Shown here piece after piece: positions 10,773-21,148 of a stretch of DNA of 64,000 nucleotides. Position 1 is the first letter of the stretch. The number at the start of each line of letters is the position of its first letter. The notes beneath the pieces were generated by a model that was given only the letters and a program-made list of their open reading frames with translations, had not been told where the DNA came from and did not search any database. Both the position numbers and the translations under genes were made by a program. The stretch lies in the NCBI GenBank assembly GCA_040768745.1, contig JAXGMI010000001.1, positions 832,001-896,000 on the forward strand, given 5' to 3'. This DNA is from Desulfomicrobium sp. Its GTDB lineage: Bacteria > Desulfobacterota > Desulfovibrionia > Desulfovibrionales > Desulfomicrobiaceae.

Positions 10773-10961
10773 ATGGATCAGATCCAAAAACAAGTCCTGC
10801 AAGTCGCCAAGGAAATCGTCGTCAAATTCATCGAAACAGGACGCATCTCCCCCTCCAACTTTGCCGAATACTTCGAACCGATCTACGATGACATCTATCG
10901 TACCGTGAAAAAGACAGGTTCCGCCTTCCCAGACAAGGAATGCACGATTGAATCCGAGTGA
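10773..10961 (+). CDS. Small hypothetical protein (62 aa)
   Basis: GGAG SD; amphipathic helix QVAKEIVVKFIETGRISP; overlaps the menG start. Confidence 0.8.
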   Translation: MDQIQKQVLQVAKEIVVKFIETGRISPSNFAEYFEPIYDDIYRTVKKTGSAFPDKECTIESE

Positions 10962-11670
10962 GCACGGGAAGCGGGTTTCCGGCCTTTTCGACAATATCGC
11001 GGGCTGGTACGACTTTCTGAACCATTTTTTGAGTGCCGGGCTGGATCTGTACTGGAGGCGACGCCTGGTCCGCACCGTCCGACCCGGACCGACTGGCACG
11101 ATACTCGACCTGGCCGCCGGCACCCTGGATGTCAGCCGCGAGATTCTGCGCCAGCATCCACGATCTCAAGTCCTGGCTATGGACTTTTCCCGGGCCATGC
11201 TTTGCCGGGGGAAAACGAAAATCTCTCACCAGCCAGCCATCATGCCCATCCAGGCCGACGGCCGCAGCCTCCCCCTGCCGGACGCCTGCGTTGACACCGT
11301 GACCATCGCCTTTGGAATCCGCAACATCCTGCCCAGGGCCGACGCGTACCGTGAAATTTTGCGGGTCCTCGCTCCCCAAGGCCGACTTTGCATCCTGGAA
11401 TTCGGCACTGGACAGGCCAGGATCTGGCAGGGCCTCTACAACTTCTACCTTGGCAAGGTCCTGCCCCTCATAGGCCGCTTTTTCTCCAGGAACCCCTCTG
11501 CCTACCAGTATCTGGCCGATACCATCCGGGCCTTTCCCGACGCCAGGACCCTGGCCAGCGAGCTGCGCGATGCAGGATTTGAAAGCGTAGCCTACCAGGG
11601 CCTCAGTTCCGGGATCGTGTACATCCATGTCGGGCAGAAACAACTTCCCGGCCAGGAAGCCCGGGCCTGA
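10948..11670 (+). CDS. menG: Demethylmenaquinone methyltransferase (UbiE/MenG)
   Basis: FDNIAGWYDFLNHFLSAGLD, ILDLAAGTLD, TIAFGIRN, AYQYLADTIRAFP. Confidence 0.9.
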   Translation: MNPSEHGKRVSGLFDNIAGWYDFLNHFLSAGLDLYWRRRLVRTVRPGPTGTILDLAAGTLDVSREILRQHPRSQVLAMDFSRAMLCRGKTKISHQPAIMPIQADGRSLPLPDACVDTVTIAFGIRNILPRADAYREILRVLAPQGRLCILEFGTGQARIWQGLYNFYLGKVLPLIGRFFSRNPSAYQYLADTIRAFPDARTLASELRDAGFESVAYQGLSSGIVYIHVGQKQLPGQEARA

Positions 11671-11719
11671 GCGCGACATCCGGCCACATGAGTTCAATAT
11701 TCAATAAATTGAGGAATCC

Positions 11720-13030
11720 ATGATCACCTTCGCAGACATAGCGTCCGGCAGGAGTCCCGTGGCCGTGGTGGGACTGGGCTATGTGGGCCTGCCCCTGGCC
11801 GTGGCCCTGTCCAACCATTTCCGGGTCATCGGCTTTGACATCTCCCGTCCGCGTATCGACGCCCTCCGCCAGGGGCACGACTCCACCCGCGAGGTGGACC
11901 CGGACATCCTGGCCGCAGCTCGGGTCGAATTCACGGACGATCCCACGGCCCTGGAGCAGGCAAAAATCATCGTTGTGGCCGTACCCACACCCATCGACCT
12001 CAACCGCAAGCCAGACCTGCGGCCCGTGATCGGCGCCACCGAAACGGTCGGGGCCCATCTGTCCACGGACACTGTCGTCGTCTATGAATCCACGGTTTAC
12101 CCCGGGCTGACCGAAGAGATCTGCGTGCCCATCCTGGAAGAGCGCTCCGGCCTGCGCTGCGGACCCGATTTCACGGTGGGCTATTCCCCTGAGCGCATCA
12201 ACCCCGGGGACCGGATCCACACCTTGGAATCCATCACCAAAATTGTATCCGGACAGGACGGGCCCACCGCCGACCTCCTGGCCCGCTTCTACGGGGCCGT
12301 GGTCAAGGCCGGCGTGCACCGGGCCTCCTCCATCAAAGTGGCCGAGGCCGCCAAAGTCATCGAGAACACCCAGCGCGATCTGAACATCGCCCTGATGAAC
12401 GAACTGGCGCAGATCTTCGACCGCATGGGCATTGACACCACGGAAGTTCTGCAAGCCGCCGGTACAAAGTGGAATTTCCTCCCCTTCCGACCGGGACTGG
12501 TGGGCGGGCACTGCATCGGAGTGGACCCCTACTACCTGACCTTCAAAGCTGAGGCCATGGGCTTTCATCCCCAGGTCATCCTGGCCGGCCGGCGCATCAA
12601 CGACGGCATGGGAAAGTTCATCGCCGAAAAAACCATCAAGACTATGATCAACGCCGGGAATCAGATCAAAGGCGCCCGCGTCGGCCTTTTGGGTCTGACC
12701 TTCAAGGAAAACGTTCCGGACTTGCGCAACAGCCGGGTGGTCGACATCATCCATGAGCTGACAGACTACCAGGTCCAGGTTCTGGTTCATGATCCTCTGG
12801 CCGATGCCGCCGAAGCCATGGCGGAATACGGGGTCGAGCTCCAGCCCATGCACGCCCTCAGCAACCTGGACGCCGTGATCCTGGCCGTTGCACATGCCGA
12901 GTTCACGATCCTTGACGGCTCAAGACTCAAGTCCATGTTCCGAAACCCGGAAGCGGGCATCGTCATGGATGTCAAGGGATTGCTGGACAAGGACGCCCTG
13001 AGCCGGCAACTCACCTACTGGCGACTGTAA
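11720..13030 (+). CDS. UDP-N-acetyl-hexosamine 6-dehydrogenase (TviB/WbpO-like nucleotide sugar dehydrogenase)
   Basis: GLGYVGLPLA, ESTVYPG, YSPERINPGD, GGHCIGVDPYY, FKENVPDLRNS. Confidence 0.92.
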   Translation: MITFADIASGRSPVAVVGLGYVGLPLAVALSNHFRVIGFDISRPRIDALRQGHDSTREVDPDILAAARVEFTDDPTALEQAKIIVVAVPTPIDLNRKPDLRPVIGATETVGAHLSTDTVVVYESTVYPGLTEEICVPILEERSGLRCGPDFTVGYSPERINPGDRIHTLESITKIVSGQDGPTADLLARFYGAVVKAGVHRASSIKVAEAAKVIENTQRDLNIALMNELAQIFDRMGIDTTEVLQAAGTKWNFLPFRPGLVGGHCIGVDPYYLTFKAEAMGFHPQVILAGRRINDGMGKFIAEKTIKTMINAGNQIKGARVGLLGLTFKENVPDLRNSRVVDIIHELTDYQVQVLVHDPLADAAEAMAEYGVELQPMHALSNLDAVILAVAHAEFTILDGSRLKSMFRNPEAGIVMDVKGLLDKDALSRQLTYWRL

Positions 13031-13047
13031 CCCGAGGAGCCCTGCTC

Positions 13048-13743
13048 GTGATCGTCCTGGCGTGCGCCACTGCGCGGGAGGCCCTGAGGACCATCTCCGA
13101 TCTGGCCCCCACACCCTCTTCCTGGCCGGCGCGAGTCTCCATCCGCAACCGGGATTTCCTGATTTGCGTCGTCGGAATTGGCCCTGTCGCCGCGGCCCTC
13201 TCCATCGGTGCCCTCCTCCAACAACCCAAGCGTATTTCCGGAATTCTCAACCTGGGCATTTGCGGCAGTTTTGAACTGGATGCTATCCCCATGGGCCGGC
13301 CCTGTGTGGCCCAAAGCGAAATCTGGCCCGAATACGGGGTTCATTTTTCCGGATCAGTTCAGGAAGAACCGTTTGCCCATCAGATGCTCCCTGATCTGGT
13401 CCTGACCCCGCCCAACCGGCTTGACCTTGCGCCTGCGGCTGCGGCGGCAGCCATGAACCTGCATCTGCCGGCCGACTGGGCCATGGCGCCGAGCCTGACG
13501 GTGGCCGGGGTCAGCGGTGACGAGCACCGGGCCGCAGAGCTGCGAACCCGCTACGCTGGGGGCACGGAGAACATGGAGGGATTTTCCCTGGCCCTGGCGG
13601 CCCGCCGGCAGGCCCTGCCCTTTCTGGAAATACGCACGGTGTCCAACGCGGTAGGCGTACGGGACAAGGGGTCGTGGGACTTCCGTATGGCTTTGGACGC
13701 CCTCGGCAAGATTCTGCCAACGCTTTTAGGAGACCCTTCATGA
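13048..13743 (+). CDS. mqnB: Futalosine hydrolase
   Basis: PNP/UDP fold with GIGPVAAA, NLGICGSF, ENMEGFSLA, EIRTVSNAVG..W; coupled to mqnD. Confidence 0.85.
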   Translation: MIVLACATAREALRTISDLAPTPSSWPARVSIRNRDFLICVVGIGPVAAALSIGALLQQPKRISGILNLGICGSFELDAIPMGRPCVAQSEIWPEYGVHFSGSVQEEPFAHQMLPDLVLTPPNRLDLAPAAAAAAMNLHLPADWAMAPSLTVAGVSGDEHRAAELRTRYAGGTENMEGFSLALAARRQALPFLEIRTVSNAVGVRDKGSWDFRMALDALGKILPTLLGDPS

Positions 13744-14531
13744 CAACCCTTTCCGTGGCCATCTCGCCCTGCCCCAACGACACGTTCATTTTCGGGGCCT
13801 GGATTCTCGGGCATGCCCCGGCCCCTGCCGGCCTGGACAGCCGATTTTTGTGGCATGACGTGCAGGAACTCAATCAAGGCGCGTTGGACAATGCCTGGGA
13901 TGTGATCAAGGTCAGCGCGGCCACGGCCCTGCGGTTGACAGACACCCACTCCATCTTGTCCTGCGGCGGTGCCTTCGGCCTGGAGCATGGTCCCAAGCTG
14001 GTCACCCGCAAGGGGTTCTCCGGGATGCCACGGACCATCGCGGTGCCGGGATTGGACACCACGGCCATGCTGATCCTGCGCTCGGCCATGGGAGAAGAAT
14101 TCACCCCCGTACCCATGATTTTCCACGCCGTAGTGGAGGCCGTACGCAGCGGTCTGGTGGAAGCCGGCCTGCTCATCCATGAAACGGCCCTGGTCTACGC
14201 CCGTTATGGGCTGCATCTGCACACAGACCTGGGCAGCTGGTGGAAGGACCGCACCGGCGGCCTCCCCCTGCCCTTGGGCTGTATACTGGCCCGCAAGAGC
14301 CTGCCCGATGAGATCCTATCCGCCATCGAGAAAACCATCCGGGCCAGCATCCTGCACGCCCGCAGCCACCCCTCGGACATCATGCCCCTGGTTGCATCCC
14401 TGGCCCGCGAGCTTGACGGCGACACCCTGGCGCAACATATTGAGGCCTACGTGAACGACTACAGCCTGAACATGGGACCTGATGGACAGGCAGCCCTTGA
14501 CACTCTGCAAACATTCCGGACCCAACCATGA
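13740..14531 (+). CDS. mqnD: 1,4-dihydroxy-6-naphthoate synthase
   Basis: ISPCPNDTFIF, DVQELN, GLLIHE, LPLPLG, HIEAYVNDYS; ATGA overlap with mqnB. Confidence 0.93.
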   Translation: MTTLSVAISPCPNDTFIFGAWILGHAPAPAGLDSRFLWHDVQELNQGALDNAWDVIKVSAATALRLTDTHSILSCGGAFGLEHGPKLVTRKGFSGMPRTIAVPGLDTTAMLILRSAMGEEFTPVPMIFHAVVEAVRSGLVEAGLLIHETALVYARYGLHLHTDLGSWWKDRTGGLPLPLGCILARKSLPDEILSAIEKTIRASILHARSHPSDIMPLVASLARELDGDTLAQHIEAYVNDYSLNMGPDGQAALDTLQTFRTQP

Positions 14532-15508
14532 ATGACGCCATCGCGCAGCTCAAAATCGCCTTCCTCCAGGAACTCCCGGCCATCAACAACGCCATTCAGG
14601 CCGAAATCAACGCCCTGCCGCCCCTGGTCCGCCCTGTGGCAGAACACGTCATGAACGCCGGCGGCAAGCGGCTGCGACCCATGCTGACCATCCTCTTCGC
14701 CAGGGCCCTGGGATTTCGCGGGGATCATCTGCACACCCTGGCCAGCTCTCTGGAATTCCTGCATTCGGCCACCCTCATGCACGACGACATCGTGGACAAT
14801 GCCGATCTGCGCCGTGGACAGGCCGCCGCCCACACCCTCTTCGGGGTCGCGCCCACCATCCTGGCCGGGGATGTGCTCCTGGCCCTGGCCAACGAACTCG
14901 TGGCCCGCACTGGCAACCCTGAATTGACCTCATGCATCGCGCAGGCCATCATGCAGACCGCCAGCGGTGAAATCATGGAAATCGCGGCCCTCCGCAATCC
15001 AAAAATCACGCGCCAGGAGTATATCGATATCATCACCGGCAAAACCGCATACCTCATCCAGTCCGCCTGCGAGTTTGGCGTCATCGCGGCCGGTGCCGGC
15101 GCACGTACCCGCCAGAAGGCCAGAACCTTCGGGCTCAACCTGGGCATTGCCTTCCAACTGGTGGACGACGCCCTGGACTATACATCCCGCTCCGACACTT
15201 CAGGAAAACCGCTGGGCGGAGACTTGCGCGAAGGCAAATTCACCCTGCCCCTGCTGCTGTACCTGGAATCCCTGCCTGCAACCCAACGCGAAACATTGAT
15301 TCTGGAACTGGCCGACGCCAACCTTGATCCGGCGCGTCAGGACCTCATTGTTGCGGCCATTGCCGAACAGGGCTTTGCCGACAGGACCAGGGCCGCCGCC
15401 AGATCCTACCTGGAAAACGCCAGCCAGGCCCTGGCGGTCCTACCCGAAGGTCAGGAGAAAAGGCTGCTTAAGGCCATGATGCATTTCGTGATCACCAGGG
15501 AAAAATAG
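14528..15508 (+). CDS. ispB: Polyprenyl diphosphate synthase
   Basis: GGKRLRP, HDDIVD and VDDALD (DDxxD motifs), GKT, GDLREGK. Confidence 0.92.
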   Translation: MNDAIAQLKIAFLQELPAINNAIQAEINALPPLVRPVAEHVMNAGGKRLRPMLTILFARALGFRGDHLHTLASSLEFLHSATLMHDDIVDNADLRRGQAAAHTLFGVAPTILAGDVLLALANELVARTGNPELTSCIAQAIMQTASGEIMEIAALRNPKITRQEYIDIITGKTAYLIQSACEFGVIAAGAGARTRQKARTFGLNLGIAFQLVDDALDYTSRSDTSGKPLGGDLREGKFTLPLLLYLESLPATQRETLILELADANLDPARQDLIVAAIAEQGFADRTRAAARSYLENASQALAVLPEGQEKRLLKAMMHFVITREK

Positions 15509-15510
15509 CC

Positions 15511-18015
15511 ATGCGCCACCAGGACCCCATTTCCCGGGACAAGCTCACGACCTCGCTGCGCTCGAGCCTGAAAGCGACATTCTCGCCCGCCACGGCCCAA
15601 CTCCTTCAGGAAGTGGTCAATCCCGCCCCGGACTTCGGAACCATCGCCTCCATCATCAGACTGGACCCGGCCCTGACCACGGCCATTCTGGCATTGGTCA
15701 ACTCGCCCTACTACGGGCAAGCCGGAAAGATCAGCGACCTGCAACGGGCGGCCATCCTCATCGGGAACAACGAAATCCTGCGCATCGCCCTGTCCCTGTC
15801 CCTGCAAAAAAGTCTGGGCGCCCTCCTCGAAAAAAACGGGTTCAACTCCTTTGCCAACTGGAGGGTCATCATCTGGGCCGCCCTGGGCGCGGAACTGGTG
15901 GCCAAGGCCATTGCCCCCAGGGAGGCAAGCAACGCCTATATATGCACACTGGTCAAGGACATGTCCCTGCTGCTGTACGCAGCCTCGTTCCCCGAGCAGG
16001 CCCTGTCCCGCCTCAGGCAGCCGGATTTCGTCAACACTGGCCCCTTTTCCCTGAACTGGGAGGGACTCCTGCCCGAGGATCATTCGACATTGTCGGCTGA
16101 CCTGCTGACCGAGTGGAAATTTCCTCAGCACATGATCACCGCTGTCCTGGCCCACCACGATCTGGAACATGCGCTCGACCATCCTCCCCTGACCCAGGCG
16201 GTCATCCTGGGCACCAGGTGGGCCGAAGTCGAATTCCAGGCGGACCCGTCCCCGGACAGCCTGGGTCATCTCTCTTGTCTCATGGCCAAGGCAGGAGCCC
16301 TGCCCAAAAACGGATTGGAAGAGCTGCGCCGGCAGGGCATGTCCCTGTTCGCGGAGTTATGCAGCGCCATGAATATCAAGGAGGTCCCTTCCGGGGAACT
16401 TCTTTTCTCCCACTCGCTGCAATCCATCCAGGATTTCTACTTCCAGACCAAGGAAGTGGAAGGACTGACCGGAGGGAGCGCCGCCATCGCCCTCTGCATC
16501 GGCCGCCACCTCCGCTGGAACTGGAATTACAGGCAGGCCGAAATCATCCTCTATTCGCCCTCGAACCGGTGCTGGGAGCGTTTTCTTCTCGACGGGGACG
16601 AACTCGGACCGACAGAACAGGCCATGTCGTTGGAAGGCTTCAACCCCCATGCAGGCTTGTCTTTTCCCCTGCAGATAGAGGGTACGATCCTGGGGGAACT
16701 GCGTCTCGGGGAGCCCCGGGAGGCCAACCCGCCCAAGGCCGACATGTCCCTGTATGCCCGGCTTCTGGCCCGCAGTTACTGGCGCCATCTGAACACCGTC
16801 ACCCCCCTCGAAATCAAGGCAGATCTGCTGGATATCCTGCCCACGGGAGTCGCCCTGTTGGACGGCGAAGGCAGGATCGTACGGGTCAATCCGACCTTCT
16901 CCTCCTTTGTCGGGGGGGGACAGCGCCTCGAAGGCCAGCTGCTGCATGACGTCTTTCCCCAGGATCAGTTCCAGAAAAACAAACAGCATTGGCTTGATTT
17001 TCTGCACGATCCAAAACAACCCACCTGCTGCGCGGTTTACTGTCCTCTCGGACCCAAGACGGATGCGGAGTCGCCCTGCTTCGCCCTGTCCGGGTACAGG
17101 ATTGCATCCGGCAGCTCCACCAGCATCCTGGGTCTGATCCAGGACCTGACCGAAATTCAGGTCCTGGAATTCGAGGCCCTGCACCAGCGGGACTTCCTGG
17201 TTCGCCTGCTGGGCGCCATGCAGGACCTGGTCATGACCCTCGACCAGCAGGGCACCATCACGTTTGCCACGGGCCGGCATGCCCCCCTTCTGACCGGCAG
17301 GAACCTTTTCCAGATCACCATGCCCCTGACCACCCACCTTGGCCCATGGGACATGGACGCCCTGGAGCAGGGAGGCAAAGCCGTAGAGGCCCAGATTCTG
17401 CTCGACGGGGAACACCAGCAGCTGGAAATGATCTTCGCCCGTTTCACCTCCGGCAGCGACTACGGACTGGTGGTTGGCCGGAACATCTCGACCATCCGCA
17501 GATTGGAGCGGAAAATCCGCGAGCAGGCCGTGTTCGACTCCCTGACCCAGGTCTTCAACCGGCACCAACTGACCCCCATTCTGGAGCGTGAAATATCGAG
17601 ATCCAGGAGAACGAACGTCCCCTTGGGGCTCATTTTTTTCGATATCGACGGGTTCAAGAAGTTCAACGACACGTACGGTCATCCTGGCGGGGACAAGGCC
17701 CTCCTGGAGCTGGGGAGGCTTTTGCGCAACGTGCTGCGCAAGGGATTTGACTTCCCGTGCCGGTTCGGCGGTGACGAGTTCGTCATTGTTTCCGGCAATT
17801 CAAGCCGAGCCGCTTTGCTGACCATTGCCGAACGGGTCCAGGCAGAATTCAGACGCATCCATGACTCCCGCATCACCCTCAGCATCGGCATGAGCCTGCT
17901 TGAACCCGAAGATACGGATTCCTCCCTGCTTGAGCGCTGCGACAAAGCCAACTATCAAGCCAAGGCCCGAGGCGGAAACGCCATCGTGCACCTGCAAACC
18001 GAAACGCTTTCGTGA
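15511..18015 (+). CDS. Diguanylate cyclase, HDOD-(GAF-like)-PAS-PAS-GGDEF
   Basis: HDOD (DPALTTAILALVNSPYYG; W.FP...AVLAHH), PAS starts LDILPTGVALLD and AMQDLVMTLD, DSLTQVFNR, DIDGFKKFNDTYGH, RFGGDEF. Confidence 0.9.
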   Translation: MRHQDPISRDKLTTSLRSSLKATFSPATAQLLQEVVNPAPDFGTIASIIRLDPALTTAILALVNSPYYGQAGKISDLQRAAILIGNNEILRIALSLSLQKSLGALLEKNGFNSFANWRVIIWAALGAELVAKAIAPREASNAYICTLVKDMSLLLYAASFPEQALSRLRQPDFVNTGPFSLNWEGLLPEDHSTLSADLLTEWKFPQHMITAVLAHHDLEHALDHPPLTQAVILGTRWAEVEFQADPSPDSLGHLSCLMAKAGALPKNGLEELRRQGMSLFAELCSAMNIKEVPSGELLFSHSLQSIQDFYFQTKEVEGLTGGSAAIALCIGRHLRWNWNYRQAEIILYSPSNRCWERFLLDGDELGPTEQAMSLEGFNPHAGLSFPLQIEGTILGELRLGEPREANPPKADMSLYARLLARSYWRHLNTVTPLEIKADLLDILPTGVALLDGEGRIVRVNPTFSSFVGGGQRLEGQLLHDVFPQDQFQKNKQHWLDFLHDPKQPTCCAVYCPLGPKTDAESPCFALSGYRIASGSSTSILGLIQDLTEIQVLEFEALHQRDFLVRLLGAMQDLVMTLDQQGTITFATGRHAPLLTGRNLFQITMPLTTHLGPWDMDALEQGGKAVEAQILLDGEHQQLEMIFARFTSGSDYGLVVGRNISTIRRLERKIREQAVFDSLTQVFNRHQLTPILEREISRSRRTNVPLGLIFFDIDGFKKFNDTYGHPGGDKALLELGRLLRNVLRKGFDFPCRFGGDEFVIVSGNSSRAALLTIAERVQAEFRRIHDSRITLSIGMSLLEPEDTDSSLLERCDKANYQAKARGGNAIVHLQTETLS

Positions 18016-18043
18016 AGCGTCAACTCATTCCATGGAGAACATC

Positions 18044-21025
18044 ATGCCGATCCGCGTCGAAGTGGCTCTGCGCGAGACAGTGACCGATACCCAGGGCAAC
18101 AAGACCGCCCATAAGATCAAGAGCGAACTTGGGCTGAGTGTTGATCAGGTCCGCATCATCCGGATTTATACCATCGAAGGACTGAATGCAGCGCAGGTCG
18201 ATGCGGCCATTGCCGCGGGAGCCTTGCATGACCCGGTCCTGCATACGGCCCAAACCGGTCCGGCCGCAACCGGGTTCGACTGGATCATCGAGGTGGGTTT
18301 CCGGCCCGGAGTCACCGACAACGAGGGACGCACGGCCAAAGAAACACTGCGCACCGTCCTGGGGGACCGCAAGGCGGACATCTCCGTCTACACCTCCACG
18401 CAATACCTGATCCGGGCACGTCTGGACCGGCATCAGGTGGAGCATATCGCCCGGGACCTCCTGGCCAACGAGCTTATCCAGCGCTTCCAGATCGCGGACA
18501 AGGCATCCTGGGACGCAAATCCGGGTTTTCCGGCCCGCACGGCCAAAGTCACGGGCGCGGCGTCCAGCACCGTGGAGATCGTTGATCTCCAGCGCCTGGA
18601 CGACGACGGACTGATGAAGCTGTCCCGTGACGGCGTGCTGGCCCTGAATCTGGAGGAAATGCGCTGCATCCGCGATTACTTCACCCGGCCCGAGGTCGTG
18701 GCCCGTCGCCGGGCCACGGGTCTCCCCCACGCACCCACCGACGCCGAGCTCGAATGCCTGGCCCAGACCTGGTCGGAGCACTGCAAGCACAAGATATTCA
18801 GTTCCCGCATCGACTACGAGAACCGCGCGAACGGCACCAGGGCTGAAATCAACAATCTCTACAAGACGTATATCCAGGGCAGCACCCGGCTCCTTCGCCA
18901 GCGCATGGGAACAGACGATTTCTGCCTCTCCGTGTTCAAGGACAACGCCGGCGTGATCCGCTTCAGCGATGACATGAACGTGTGCATCAAGGTCGAGACG
19001 CACAACAGTCCCTCGGCCCTGGACCCCTACGGCGGGGCCCTGACCGGCATCGTCGGGGTCAACCGCGACCCCATGGGCACGGGCCTGGGCGCCAATCTCC
19101 TGTGCAACACCAACGTGTTCTGCTTCGCCTCGCCTTTTTATGACGGCGAGCTGCCGCCGCGTCTGCTGCATCCACGCCGGGTCTTCGAAGGGGTGCGTGA
19201 AGGAGTGGAGCACGGCGGCAACAAATCCGGCATCCCCACGGTAAATGGCGCCATCGTCTTTCACGAGCGTTTCCTGGGCAAGCCCCTGGTCTTCTGCGGC
19301 ACCATCGGGACCATGCCGGCCACAGTGGCCGGCCGGACCAGTCACGAAAAGAAAGCCCAGGCCGGTGACCGCATCGTCATGGCCGGCGGCCGTATCGGCA
19401 AGGACGGCATTCACGGGGCCACCTTCTCCTCCGAAGAGCTGCACGAGGGCTCGCCAGCCACGGCCGTGCAGATCGGCGACCCCATAACCCAGCGCAAAAT
19501 GTATGATTTCCTGATGCGTGCCCGCAATCTCGGGCTGTACAACGCCATCACCGACAATGGCGCAGGCGGCTTGAGCTCATCTGTGGGGGAGATGGCCCAG
19601 GACTGCGGCGGCTGCGACATGGACCTGGCCAAGGCCCCTCTCAAGTACGATGGGTTGCGGCCCTGGGAGATCCTCGTGTCCGAGGCCCAGGAGCGCATGA
19701 CCCTGGCCGTGCCGCCAACTCGCCTCGCGGCCTTTACGGACCTGGCCGAAGAAATGGACGTGGAAGTCACGGACCTCGGTGAATTCACGGACTCGGGCTA
19801 TCTGCACGTCCGCTACGGGGACAGGATCGTGGCTGATCTGGACATGGCCTTCCTGCACGACGGCGCGCCCCAGATGCGCCTCGCGGCCGTATGGGAGCCC
19901 CCCCGCACCTGCTGCTGCGGAACTTCCGAAGAGGCCAGGGTCCTGGACCATCAGGATTTCCTGCATGTTATGCTCGGCCGTCTGAACATCTGTTCCCGCG
20001 AATATGTCATCCGCCAGTACGACCACGAGGTCCAGGGCGGCAGCGTGATCAAGCCCCTGGTCGGCGCGCAGGAGGACGGCCCCGCCGACGCGGCCGTGAT
20101 CAGGCCGCAGCTGGGCAGCAACCGGGCGCTGGTCATCGCCAATGGCATCTGCCCGAAATTGAGCGATCTGGACACCTACTGGATGATGGCCTGTGCCATC
20201 GATGAAGGCGTGCGCAACGCCGTGGCCGCAGGCGCGGACATCCGGCACATGGCCGGGGTGGACAACTTCTGCTGGTGCGACCCGGTCCAGTCCGAAAAAA
20301 CGCCCGATGGCCACTACAAGATGGCCCAGCTGGTCCGGGCCAACCAGGCCCTGGCCCACTACTGCCTCGCCTACGGCGTGCCCTGCGTGTCCGGCAAGGA
20401 CTCCATGAAGAACGACTACACGGGCGGCGGCACCAAGATCTCCATCCCGCCCACGGTCCTCTTCTCGGTCATGGGAGTGGTCCCCGACTGCACCAAGACC
20501 ATGACCTCGGACTTCAAGCGCCCCGATGAGGCGGTCTATGTCCTGGGCCTGACCCGGAACGAACTTGGCGGATCTGAGTACGCCGACCAGCTCGGCCTGT
20601 GCGGCAGCGTGCCGCAGGTGGACGCGGTTCCAGCCCGCACCCGCTACGAACGCATGCACCTGGCCATCACCTCAGGTCTCCTGACGGCGGCCCACGACGT
20701 GTCCGACGGCGGCCTGGCCGTGTGCTTGGCCGAAATGGCCCTGGCCGGAAGGATCGGCGCGGACATCGACATGGACAAAGTCCCGGCCCTGGATTGTCCC
20801 CTGCCCGAACAGCGCCTGTACAGCGAGTCGGCCAGCCGCTTCGTGGTCACCGTGCCCTCCGACAGGCGGGCAGCCTTCGAAGCCCTCTTTTGCGGCGATT
20901 TCATGGCATCCATCGGCCGGACCACAGCCGACGGCACCCTGACCCTGCGCGCCGGAGACAAAACCCTGGTCAGCGCGGAGGTCGAAGGTCTGGCCCTGGC
21001 CTGGAAAAAGACCCTGGATTTTTAG
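18044..21025 (+). CDS. purL: Phosphoribosylformylglycinamidine synthase, PurS-like plus PurL domains
   Basis: QTWSEHCKHK, KVETHNSPS, ITDNGAGGLSS, SEAQERM, HDVSDGG; no PurQ domain; ATG 18044 after GGAGA. Confidence 0.95.
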   Translation: MPIRVEVALRETVTDTQGNKTAHKIKSELGLSVDQVRIIRIYTIEGLNAAQVDAAIAAGALHDPVLHTAQTGPAATGFDWIIEVGFRPGVTDNEGRTAKETLRTVLGDRKADISVYTSTQYLIRARLDRHQVEHIARDLLANELIQRFQIADKASWDANPGFPARTAKVTGAASSTVEIVDLQRLDDDGLMKLSRDGVLALNLEEMRCIRDYFTRPEVVARRRATGLPHAPTDAELECLAQTWSEHCKHKIFSSRIDYENRANGTRAEINNLYKTYIQGSTRLLRQRMGTDDFCLSVFKDNAGVIRFSDDMNVCIKVETHNSPSALDPYGGALTGIVGVNRDPMGTGLGANLLCNTNVFCFASPFYDGELPPRLLHPRRVFEGVREGVEHGGNKSGIPTVNGAIVFHERFLGKPLVFCGTIGTMPATVAGRTSHEKKAQAGDRIVMAGGRIGKDGIHGATFSSEELHEGSPATAVQIGDPITQRKMYDFLMRARNLGLYNAITDNGAGGLSSSVGEMAQDCGGCDMDLAKAPLKYDGLRPWEILVSEAQERMTLAVPPTRLAAFTDLAEEMDVEVTDLGEFTDSGYLHVRYGDRIVADLDMAFLHDGAPQMRLAAVWEPPRTCCCGTSEEARVLDHQDFLHVMLGRLNICSREYVIRQYDHEVQGGSVIKPLVGAQEDGPADAAVIRPQLGSNRALVIANGICPKLSDLDTYWMMACAIDEGVRNAVAAGADIRHMAGVDNFCWCDPVQSEKTPDGHYKMAQLVRANQALAHYCLAYGVPCVSGKDSMKNDYTGGGTKISIPPTVLFSVMGVVPDCTKTMTSDFKRPDEAVYVLGLTRNELGGSEYADQLGLCGSVPQVDAVPARTRYERMHLAITSGLLTAAHDVSDGGLAVCLAEMALAGRIGADIDMDKVPALDCPLPEQRLYSESASRFVVTVPSDRRAAFEALFCGDFMASIGRTTADGTLTLRAGDKTLVSAEVEGLALAWKKTLDF

Positions 21026-21053
21026 AAGGATGCCTCCGGCGGGCAGGGCGCAC

Positions 21054-21106
21054 AAAAAATCCAGGCCCGATGCGTATTCTGACATACGTGCGGGCCTGGA
21101 TTTTTT
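21054..21106. terminator. Bidirectional Rho-independent terminator between purL and pyk
   Basis: AAAAAATCCAGGCCCG...CGGGCCTGGATTTTTT inverted repeat between convergent genes. Confidence 0.88.
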
Positions 21107-21148
21107 GCAGCAACGCCGCAGATTGCCGTTTTTCAACGGCCGGCAGCA

